From positions 1-45,564 of the forward strand of contig JAFGSQ010000008.1 in assembly GCA_016934535.1 (NCBI GenBank): 45,564 nucleotides of DNA. The letters run 5' to 3'. A program made the position numbers and the translations under genes. The notes beneath the pieces were generated by a model. That model was not told the origin of the DNA. It did no database searches and saw nothing but the letters and a program-made list of their open reading frames with translations. Source of the stretch: a candidate division WOR-3 bacterium. GTDB lineage: Bacteria > SDB-A. Below, one piece after another: positions 17,476 to 25,304 of this stretch (its first letter is position 1; every line of letters starts with the position of its first letter).

Positions 17476-20400
17476 TTCTTCTCCTCGCTTGCAAATCCGT
17501 TCAATTGATAACCGTCTTGATTTCTCAATTCGTCCAGTCTTCTTTTATATATAAATTTTGGTGATTTTTCAGAGATTTTAACGTAAATCATTATTGTTTC
17601 GTCTCTGTATTTTTCTGCTTTCTCCCTGTGTGAATGGATTTTTACGCTCATTTTCCACAGATTGAACAGAAGTTCCGCTTTCAACTCGTCTGATTCCGTC
17701 TTCGGCAGTAATTTTTCCAAAAGCTCTATGCATTCTTTCTTTTGTTTAATATCTGTGCTCAACTCAAACACGATCCTCGGGCGCTTGATATTCGCGCGTA
17801 TTATCTCTATGAAATTCCCCAGTCGCTTCTCGTAACTCAAAATCTCGTCAGTGAGACGGAGGCTTTCCTTCAACTTACCTGAATCAAAGAGATATCCCGC
17901 TTTTATTTCAAGTGTGTCAACTAAAGTGATGAAGTCCTTGAACCTTCTCGAAACCTCCAAAGATTTTTCTATGTATTCAAAGGCTTTGTCTTCGTCTTTG
18001 AAATGATAATGATTTATCTGACTCATCAAATTGTAGGCGTGGGCAAACTCTGACGGAGCGTTGATTTCTTTAAGAACAATTAGTCCCTTTTCGCAAAAAC
18101 ACATGCTCTTTTCATATTCACCCAAATCGTAATAGTGTGAACTCAGGTTATTGAATATGGAATGAAGGACGTTTCTGTTTCCGGTTTCTTCAGCCAATTT
18201 CAGAGATTTTATGTAATATTTTTCCGCTCTATTGAAATCTCCGCTTACGTCGTATAAAACCGCAAGATGTTCGTAGGAATAAAGAAGCATGTTTTTATTA
18301 TTTTCTCTTCTTGCAATCCTCAGGCTTTTTCTGTTCATTTCAATGGCTTTTTCAAACTTCATCTGCATATAGTAGATGCCGCCGAGATTAGTCAGTATCT
18401 TTTGAATCTCTTTTTCAAAATTATTTTTTTCGGCGATTTTCAAAGCTTTTTTGAAAAATTTCTCCGAAGTTTTTACTTTACCGAAATTCAACATGTGGCA
18501 TCCGAGTGAATGAAGACTTTCAGCCTGTATTTTATCATTTGAATATTTTTTGCCAATCCTGTATGCTTCAATGAATTTTTCCAAGGGAGGCATTTTTTCA
18601 CCGTCTTTCATTTCGCCCCAACCTGACTTGTCTATAATCTGCGTTTTCAGGAGTATGTCTCCCGCGTATTTTAGGACTTTCATGGCTTCACCTAGGACAT
18701 TTTTTTGTTCTTTCCTTTTCGCCATTAAATTCAGAACCCGCTCTGTTTTCAAAGACAACTCGAGAAATTTTTCCGCCTTGTCTTTCGTTTTCAGTGTGTA
18801 TCTGTTTTTCATGTAAGCGAGAATTTTACCGTAATACTCAACGCAATCGGCGTTTTCAAATCTTTCAGCGGCTCTCATCGCCGCTTTTTTATAAAATTCA
18901 CCGGCCTTTTCAGGTTTTTCAGCTTTTTCATAGTGATAAGCTATATCTTTGAAATAAGGCGCAATGTCTGTTCCAAAAAAATCCTGCAATCTGTCGGCAA
19001 TTTTCCCGTGAGTTCTTCTCAAGACAGTTTTCGATTGCATTTCATACAGGACTTTATAAGTGACAAGATCGGAAAACCTGAAAGAATGCGCATCAGAAAC
19101 TTCTATAATCCTGCTGTTGATTGATTCCTTGAGCACTTTTTCTGAAAATTCGACTCCCAATAAAAACTTGAGGGTTCCCGGTGAAAACTCGGTTCCGAAA
19201 ATCGCTGCTTTTTCGAGGGCGGTTTTTACATCCTGTCTCAAGGCGTCAATTTTTGAAGTCGTAAGAGAATAAAGATCCGAAGGCATCCTGTCGTCAAGAA
19301 ACGGATCGTAAAGAGGATTTTTTGAAATTTTTTCCTTAACGTAATCACAATAGTTTATAACAAACAGAGGTTTCCCAATGCTTTTATTCAATATGTATTT
19401 CCTTACATTATCGACAGCGTTTATTTCAGCCATTTTGCTGTCCATGAGCTCAGACGCTTTATTTTCATCGAGAGCTTCCAATTTCAAATGTAAAACCGCC
19501 TTTTCCTCGCAAGCCGTTTTTACATTTTCCAGACAGATGATTTTTTCGTCCGTAGAGGAAAGAATAATCGCGCATTTTTTTTCCGCCGAATCCAAAACGA
19601 TCAACCTGACAAGTTCTTCCGAAGCAGGATCCAGGTGTTCGATATCTTCGAAAACGAGAGCAGATTTACTTTCGTCCAGTATTTTTCCAAAAAACACTCT
19701 CACTGACCACACAATATTTTGAAACCGGGATTTCGGATCGAGATTTTCGTAGAGAGAATCCTTTATTTCGATTCCAAGAATTGAAGCGATGAAAGATTCC
19801 GTTCTGCTGAATTGTTCTTTTTCATTCTTTCCCTCTATTGAAGAGATTAATTTTCGGAATATTCTGAAAAATTTATCGCGGTTTTGTCCGGTCATTCCTT
19901 CTTCGTAATCGAAAACGTTCCTAAAAAACCTCTCAAACACCCCTAGACTTTTTTTGCGCGTTGAAACCGAGTTGACTAAATACCATTTGAAGTCGCCTCT
20001 CTTTCGGTACAATTCTTCAATTATTCTGGTTTTTCCTATACCGGTTTCTCCAGTCAGAAATATTATCTGACACGACTTTTCGGTCAATACAGCGTCCAAC
20101 TTTCTTTGTATTTCCAATATCTCGGTCTCTCTGCCGATAATTTTCCCGAATTCGGATACTTCTGAAATGCTTCTGATTTTTTTTTCCAGACAGAATACCT
20201 CTATCGGTTCATTAAATCCCTTCAGAACAGTTTTCCCTTTTGACGTGAATATATGAGACGATCTTTTTGCTTCGCGTATTTTTTCGTCTGTTATTATTTC
20301 TCCTGTTTTTGCTTTACTCATCAATCTTGCAGCCATATTGACATTTTCACCAATTGCGGTGTATTCACACCTGTTTCTGCTGCCTATGAAACCGGAGTAA

Positions 20401-21314
20401 GCCATGCCTGAAGAGACGCCGGCTTTGAATGTAAAACCTTCTATTCCCCTGAAATCTACGCACATATCGAGCGCTCTGTCGAGATCGTTGCCTTCGCTTT
20501 GAGGGGCGCCGAAAACAACAAGCATGAATCCACCTTTGTCTCCGAAACTTATTCTGTTTAAGTATCCTTTGTGGCTTTCGACAGAAGCGACAACGGACGG
20601 AAGAACATTGTCAAAGTCGTTTTCATCGAACGATATAAAGCAATTTATCGTCTCTCTGAATTCTCCCGGCGTTTTAAGCGAAATTACTTTTTTCGGATAA
20701 AACATCGAGTCTATGTTTTTCTCTCCCGTGAAAATCCGGACACCTGCTCGGGAAGTCTTTATTGAGTTCCGTGTTTTATTGGAAATCGCTTTAAATTTCC
20801 TGTCTTCCAGAGACTCGTTTTTTCCGCAGGATCCGGAAAGTTCTGCCGAGTCATAAAAAGGCTTTCCCTTTATGTAATAGGCTCCGATCCCGTCTCTTTT
20901 AAGAATTCGGTATTCTATGCCGCCGTATGATATCGCGACTTTTACGGAAAGTTCGAATTTGCCGAATCTGTTTTTCTTTTCTCCTCTCTCGGAAAAGTAT
21001 CTCTTTATTTCTTCGGCTGCTTTAACAGTTCTCTTACAAAAACCGGCGCTTTCCGGAAACACAGCATAAAAGGCGTCTCCACCGAAAGTCGAAACGAAAC
21101 CTCCGTTTATATAAACTGAGTCTATGCAACGCCCGAAAAGACCGTTTATGGAAATTGAAAGCACTTCCGCACCTTCGGGACCTTTTTCCATCAGGGTTTT
21201 TGTCATTTTCGTGAAACCTGAAATGTCAGCGAAAAGCACTGCGCCTTTCAGATAGCCTTTAAATTTTTTTTTGATTAAATTCTGTGAAATTAATTCAGGA
21301 ACCAGACATCTCAT
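17472..21314 (-). CDS. Tandem class III adenylyl cyclase domains + AAA/STAND NTPase + TPR repeats (soluble-AC-like)
   Basis: Domain 1 has LFADISGFT and FGGDA. Domain 2 has GDKG, FGAP and EYTAIGENVNMAARLM. Then IIGRETE, Walker A GETGIGKT, Walker B-like LVFEDIEH, and C-terminal TPRs. Confidence 0.9.
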   Translation of the reverse strand: MRCLVPELISQNLIKKKFKGYLKGAVLFADISGFTKMTKTLMEKGPEGAEVLSISINGLFGRCIDSVYINGGFVSTFGGDAFYAVFPESAGFCKRTVKAAEEIKRYFSERGEKKNRFGKFELSVKVAISYGGIEYRILKRDGIGAYYIKGKPFYDSAELSGSCGKNESLEDRKFKAISNKTRNSIKTSRAGVRIFTGEKNIDSMFYPKKVISLKTPGEFRETINCFISFDENDFDNVLPSVVASVESHKGYLNRISFGDKGGFMLVVFGAPQSEGNDLDRALDMCVDFRGIEGFTFKAGVSSGMAYSGFIGSRNRCEYTAIGENVNMAARLMSKAKTGEIITDEKIREAKRSSHIFTSKGKTVLKGFNEPIEVFCLEKKIRSISEVSEFGKIIGRETEILEIQRKLDAVLTEKSCQIIFLTGETGIGKTRIIEELYRKRGDFKWYLVNSVSTRKKSLGVFERFFRNVFDYEEGMTGQNRDKFFRIFRKLISSIEGKNEKEQFSRTESFIASILGIEIKDSLYENLDPKSRFQNIVWSVRVFFGKILDESKSALVFEDIEHLDPASEELVRLIVLDSAEKKCAIILSSTDEKIICLENVKTACEEKAVLHLKLEALDENKASELMDSKMAEINAVDNVRKYILNKSIGKPLFVINYCDYVKEKISKNPLYDPFLDDRMPSDLYSLTTSKIDALRQDVKTALEKAAIFGTEFSPGTLKFLLGVEFSEKVLKESINSRIIEVSDAHSFRFSDLVTYKVLYEMQSKTVLRRTHGKIADRLQDFFGTDIAPYFKDIAYHYEKAEKPEKAGEFYKKAAMRAAERFENADCVEYYGKILAYMKNRYTLKTKDKAEKFLELSLKTERVLNLMAKRKEQKNVLGEAMKVLKYAGDILLKTQIIDKSGWGEMKDGEKMPPLEKFIEAYRIGKKYSNDKIQAESLHSLGCHMLNFGKVKTSEKFFKKALKIAEKNNFEKEIQKILTNLGGIYYMQMKFEKAIEMNRKSLRIARRENNKNMLLYSYEHLAVLYDVSGDFNRAEKYYIKSLKLAEETGNRNVLHSIFNNLSSHYYDLGEYEKSMCFCEKGLIVLKEINAPSEFAHAYNLMSQINHYHFKDEDKAFEYIEKSLEVSRRFKDFITLVDTLEIKAGYLFDSGKLKESLRLTDEILSYEKRLGNFIEIIRANIKRPRIVFELSTDIKQKKECIELLEKLLPKTESDELKAELLFNLWKMSVKIHSHREKAEKYRDETIMIYVKISEKSPKFIYKRRLDELRNQDGYQLNGFASEEKK

Positions 21315-21587
21315 AAATTCAAAATACCTTCGTCCACACCCGGGACAAATTGACGGCTATTATAAGAAGTGTTTTCAGGGTTCTCGAGTTTATGCATTTG
21401 CATGGTCTCGATCCTGAATCAGAAGTTGTTTCAACTCCGTCAGCAAATCAAAGCTCGATCCGTCAAGAAAGCGCCTGTAAAACATTTAGAAAACAGAACG
21501 GCAAACATATTATCTTTTACACTCTACAAGACTGCATAAAGCATATCACTTCTTTGCCGTTCAGTCGGCAGTCGGCGTAAACTTTTT

Positions 21588-22307
21588 TCAGTCAAAAGCC
21601 ATGTCTGTTTTCCAAACCTCCCATACTTTACCGACGAGATCCGGATTCGGCTTCAGAGTCATTTTTCCGGGCTTCCAGCCCGAAGGAGTGGCCTCGGAGC
21701 CTTTACTATTTCTGACGAGTTGAAAAGCCTGAACCTGACGAAGAGTTTCGCTGACATTCCTTCCTACCGGAGGAGTCAAAACTTCAAATCCCTGAACTAC
21801 GCCGTCCGGGTCTATCAAGAATCTTCCTCTCGTCTCCACTCCGGCATCGGAATCATATATTCCGTATACAGCTCCGACTTTTCCGCCGGCGTCGGACAGC
21901 ATGTGGAAAGGAATGCCGCCTTTTACCATTTTTGACAGTTCGTTGTCATTCCACATTTTGTGAACAAACACGCTGTCAACGCTCATTGACAGGACTTCTA
22001 CTCCTAATTTCTGAAACTCGGGATATTTTTCTGCGACCGCAGAAACTTCGGTGGCTCAAACAAAAGTGAAATCGCCGGGATAAAAACAGAGCACGACCCA
22101 TTTTCCAAGGAAATCAGAAAGTTTTACTGAAGTGAATTTACCTTTGTAATACGCCGGCGACGAAAAATCAGGCGCTTTTTTTCCTACCATTATCATGGAT
22201 CTCTTCTCCTTTTCCAAAGGTTTTGCGTTCTTTTCATCCGGTGGAGGAGTTTCTCCTACCGGACCTCCCGTCGGTCTCGCACATCCGATTTTTTCTTCCT
22301 CAGCCAT
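21588..22307 (-). CDS. Selenocysteine-containing peroxiredoxin (AhpC/PrxU-like), 239 aa, Sec codon TGA at 22056-22058
   Basis: Track ORFs 22056..22307 and 21588..21986 are in one frame. The read-through sequence is [38 protein letters not shown], with UGA at the peroxidatic Cys position of the FTFVCPTE motif. A SECIS-like hairpin follows. RBS AAGGAGG. Confidence 0.93.
22028..22045 (-). promoter_or_regulatory. Bacterial SECIS element
   Basis: mRNA reads UGA-gccaccgaag-UUUCUGC-GGUC-GCAGAAA: a perfect 7-bp stem starting 11 nt after UGA, with a G/GU apical loop. Confidence 0.85.
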
Positions 22308-22334
22308 GGGCTCCTCCTTTTCTTGTTATTTTTT

Positions 22335-22365
22335 AAATAAAAAGGCAGGAATTTACCTCCTGCCT
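22335..22365 (-). terminator. Intrinsic terminator-like hairpin in the peroxiredoxin leader
   Basis: Minus strand reads AGGCAGGA-ggtaaat-TCCTGCCT-TTTTATTT, shortly upstream of the RBS. Confidence 0.65.
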
Positions 22366-22423
22366 GCTTTTAATATTTGGGATGCAAAATACATAAAATT
22401 TTTATCAGATCTTCACCCCTTTT

Positions 22424-22472
22424 TGATAATGATTATTATAATTATTTTATCATAGCTAATTCATTTTTTCAA
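22424..22472 (-). promoter_or_regulatory. Sigma70 promoter overlapped by Fur/PerR-like boxes
   Basis: TTGAAA (22467-72), N17, TAAAAT (22444-49), with an extended TG. GATAATGATTATTATAATT matches the Fur consensus at 15/19. Two overlapping 12/14 matches to the PerR box TTATAATnATTATAA. Confidence 0.65.
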
Positions 22473-22655
22473 GTTAACTCAATCCAAAATAAAAAATTTT
22501 ACAAAAATCTCATTGCTTTGAAACAATATTATCTGATTTTTTTCCATGCCTAAATGTACCGGTTCACGGAATTTGTTGTTATAAGTCATTTTATACCTTA
22601 CTGCTAATATTCACGCATCTTACATTTTTTTCACGGTTTGTTTCAATGAAGTAAA

Positions 22656-23117
22656 TTAAAGATGGCGTAATTCCATTTTTATAAAGTTTTTTATCGTGTC
22701 GACCCTCAGAGTGAAAGGTTCTGCTTGTTGCGACATCGAATGAAAAAACTCGTAACCGTAATTTCTTGAAACCCAAACCCCCGGCAATCCGTCCTCATCA
22801 ATTTTCTTCCACATTGGTTCAGCGTAATTTGCGTTTAATACCTGATCATAATATTTTGAATTCTCTATCCAGGATATTATTTCATTTTCCGATCCATTTT
22901 CGTAAGATAAAATAAGGTTTCTCGTATAATCCGAATCGAAAGCGCCCTCGGTGTAGGTGACGCTGTCTTCTACTATTTCAATCGTTGTGTCGATTTTCAT
23001 ACCGGTTTTACGAAATATTAGATCTGAAATTTCTTTTTCAGGATTTTTTGTGACAGGAAAACAGTTTGAAAGGATCAGAATTGACGACAACAGCGCAAGA
23101 AAAATACGATGAATCAT
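22656..23117 (-). CDS. Hypothetical exported protein or lipoprotein
   Basis: Signal peptide ending ILSNC. ATGA overlap with the upstream nitroreductase gene. Confidence 0.65.
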   Translation of the reverse strand: MIHRIFLALLSSILILSNCFPVTKNPEKEISDLIFRKTGMKIDTTIEIVEDSVTYTEGAFDSDYTRNLILSYENGSENEIISWIENSKYYDQVLNANYAEPMWKKIDEDGLPGVWVSRNYGYEFFHSMSQQAEPFTLRVDTIKNFIKMELRHL

Positions 23118-23860
23118 ATTTTCCCCACCGGAGCGATATATATTACGAATTCATTTTTTCCGTCCAAACTCAGCATTTCATCGGCGTATTCCTGATCGTA
23201 CGCGGCAATAGCACATGTGCCTGCCCCGATGGCAGAACATGCCGTGTAAAGATTTTGACAAACGTGACCGGCATCCAAAGCAATGACCTTGTAAGATGCG
23301 TCTGAATATCTCCACTCCATCCTCGCCGGAAGCGCCGTCCAATAAAAAACTACTGCTCCTTTTCCGCAGAAGCTCTGGCCCAGAGTCGAAAGAGCAACTT
23401 CTTTTTCAAGGTTTTCTAATTTTTTTTCAAAAACCAGCTGGTGACTCAACGGCAAATATCTGTATATAGCGCTGCTTTCAAGATTTTCAACCCTGAAAAC
23501 AGCCAAATAAGTTTCAAAAGCGTGACGGCATCCTGCCGAAGGGACCGTTCTGTAACATCTTTTGTCCGATTCTTTTTTTCTCACTCCCTGAGTGGCCCAC
23601 AAAAGAAAAGAGAGCTCGTCCAGTTTCAATCCGTCATTCAAAAACACCCTTTGCGACTTCCTTGCGGCTATGGCTTCTTCGACGCTTACTGCTTTTATTG
23701 ACTTCCATTTTCCGGGAGCGACCATGTCAATTTTCACGGCGTCTGCCGGGCAAGGTTTTTCTAACGGAGGCGGATTAATTCCTCTGTTCTGTTCGGTTTT
23801 CGAAAAATCGGTTTTTTTCCTTATTGTGTCTTTCAAAAAATCCCTGTAATCTTCGTACAT
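23114..23860 (-). CDS. SagB/ThcOx-family nitroreductase-like FMN oxidoreductase
   Basis: Motifs RKSQR, LLWATQG, RTVPSAGCRH, EWRY, LDAGHVCQNLY and CAIAAYDQ. Confidence 0.88.
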   Translation of the reverse strand: MYEDYRDFLKDTIRKKTDFSKTEQNRGINPPPLEKPCPADAVKIDMVAPGKWKSIKAVSVEEAIAARKSQRVFLNDGLKLDELSFLLWATQGVRKKESDKRCYRTVPSAGCRHAFETYLAVFRVENLESSAIYRYLPLSHQLVFEKKLENLEKEVALSTLGQSFCGKGAVVFYWTALPARMEWRYSDASYKVIALDAGHVCQNLYTACSAIGAGTCAIAAYDQEYADEMLSLDGKNEFVIYIAPVGKI

Positions 23861-23872
23861 ATTTACCTCGTT

Positions 23873-24607
23873 TTAAGGCTTGATAATCTCTGTTGTTTCT
23901 TCATGGATGTCTTCGTCAGCTCTGTACGCGAACAAAAGAGCGTATTTGACGTTTTCGTCTTTTCCCCTGACGGGGATAAAATGAAACATCAGTTTTCTGG
24001 TTTCTTCCCTTACCGGTAGCTGAAGCAAAGCCGTGAATTCCTTCTCCACTTTATCTCTCAGCGTTAACAGCAAAAGGGACCTCGTGAACTTCGTATTCAT
24101 ATCCCGATTTTCGATTGAGGCAAAACTGAACCTGTTCTGAGAAACGCCGAAAAGAGCCTGCATGGATTTATTTAAATAAAAAACACTCTGCTCTGAATCC
24201 AACAGCATACATGGCTCTGAAATCCAGTTGAATATTATTTCAAGAACGGTAAAGTTGAGCCGGACCGCTTCAGCTCTCAATTTGTCGTACTTGCAGAGCC
24301 TTTCGCTTGCTTTATTCGACAGGTCTGCAATGTCCGTCAATTCGTCGCGGACTGAGCTGTTTTTTCTTATACCGGCTTTGTATTCACCCTTATAAATGGA
24401 ATTAAGAAACACAGTGATCTTCTTCCCGTATAAAAATAATCTGACTGCAAGGTAAGCACAGAGAAAGACGAACAGAAGCAGATAAGCCGTTAAATACCAT
24501 CTGTTCAGGATACCGCCAGCGAATAAACTGATTGTCGAAAACGCTCCGAGCAGAAAAACAGAAAAAAAGACCACTTTTAAAGACATTTTGAAAGATACGG
24601 TTTTCAT
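23873..24607 (-). CDS. Membrane protein with 2 TM + HAMP-like + PAS-like regions and no output domain
   Basis: Two TM segments, RDELTDIADLSNKASERL (HAMP-like) and EPCMLLDSEQSVFYLNKSMQALFG (PAS-like). ATGA overlap with trkA. Confidence 0.6.
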   Translation of the reverse strand: MKTVSFKMSLKVVFFSVFLLGAFSTISLFAGGILNRWYLTAYLLLFVFLCAYLAVRLFLYGKKITVFLNSIYKGEYKAGIRKNSSVRDELTDIADLSNKASERLCKYDKLRAEAVRLNFTVLEIIFNWISEPCMLLDSEQSVFYLNKSMQALFGVSQNRFSFASIENRDMNTKFTRSLLLLTLRDKVEKEFTALLQLPVREETRKLMFHFIPVRGKDENVKYALLFAYRADEDIHEETTEIIKP

Positions 24608-25296
24608 TTTCCCTTCGCAAATCTTTCTATGTTCTTGTCCAAACCGGCTACAAGCAGAAAAATGTCCTCTTTCAGCTCCTGGTCAGGGGAAGGAATATCG
24701 TCGAAAACCTCCTTGAACTCTCTCTTCCCCGAGGAATTTACCGCCGGAAGGAGATACTTAATGCCGACGATGTTGACTTTGTATTCCTTTCTCGGTTCGA
24801 TCACCCTCAGAGTCTTCCCGATAAAAGCCTCGGGTATTTTTATCTCGGCTATACTGTGCCCTTCGGAAAGAGGTATTCTCTTTGAGACATCGCTGGAGAC
24901 CAGGCTTCTCGCGACCGTCAGACCCATTTCTTCTTCGAGGCTGACTATCTGGTCAACGTCGAGAGTTTTCAAAATTTCCTTCTGCAATCCGTTGATCGCC
25001 CTAGACCATATTCTTCTTACGCCGATTTTTTTCAAAAGGAGCGTAGTCAGAAGATTGGCTTCGACATCATCTCCTATGCACACTACGGCTACGTCGACAT
25101 CCTGTACAGAGGCCGATATCAATGCGTTTTTGTCCATAGAGTTCAGTGTCACTGCGTACGTCACCGACTCCTTCACTGCTTCCACTTTGTTCTTGTCGCT
25201 GTCAACTGCTATCACCTGCGCTCCTTTGTCGGTCAATTCTCTGGCAAGAGTGCTGCCGAAAATTCCCAGACCTATTACAGCGATGCTTCTCATCAT
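24604..25296 (-). CDS. trkA: Trk/Ktr potassium uptake regulatory subunit (RCK_N + RCK_C)
   Basis: Motifs AVIGLGIFG, VIAVD, VAVVCIGDDVEANLL, EEEMG, and an RCK_C domain (IGKTL..VNIVGIK). Confidence 0.92.
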   Translation of the reverse strand: MMRSIAVIGLGIFGSTLARELTDKGAQVIAVDSDKNKVEAVKESVTYAVTLNSMDKNALISASVQDVDVAVVCIGDDVEANLLTTLLLKKIGVRRIWSRAINGLQKEILKTLDVDQIVSLEEEMGLTVARSLVSSDVSKRIPLSEGHSIAEIKIPEAFIGKTLRVIEPRKEYKVNIVGIKYLLPAVNSSGKREFKEVFDDIPSPDQELKEDIFLLVAGLDKNIERFAKGK

Positions 25297-25304
25297 ACCT
25301 ACTT

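Noticed and set aside
21350-21580. 76-aa plus-strand ORF between the cyclase and peroxiredoxin genes
   Set aside because: It has a TTG start, no RBS and no recognisable motif, and it lies opposite to the flanking genes. It is probably intergenic or a remnant.
21588-22307. Peroxiredoxin as a nonsense pseudogene or as two genes
   Set aside because: The stop is UGA exactly at the catalytic Cys position and is followed by a SECIS-like hairpin. Selenocysteine recoding explains it better.
23114-23860. Thiazole/oxazole RiPP cluster suggested by the SagB-like gene
   Set aside because: No YcaO cyclodehydratase, precursor peptide or exporter is nearby. Stand-alone members of this family are common in anaerobes.
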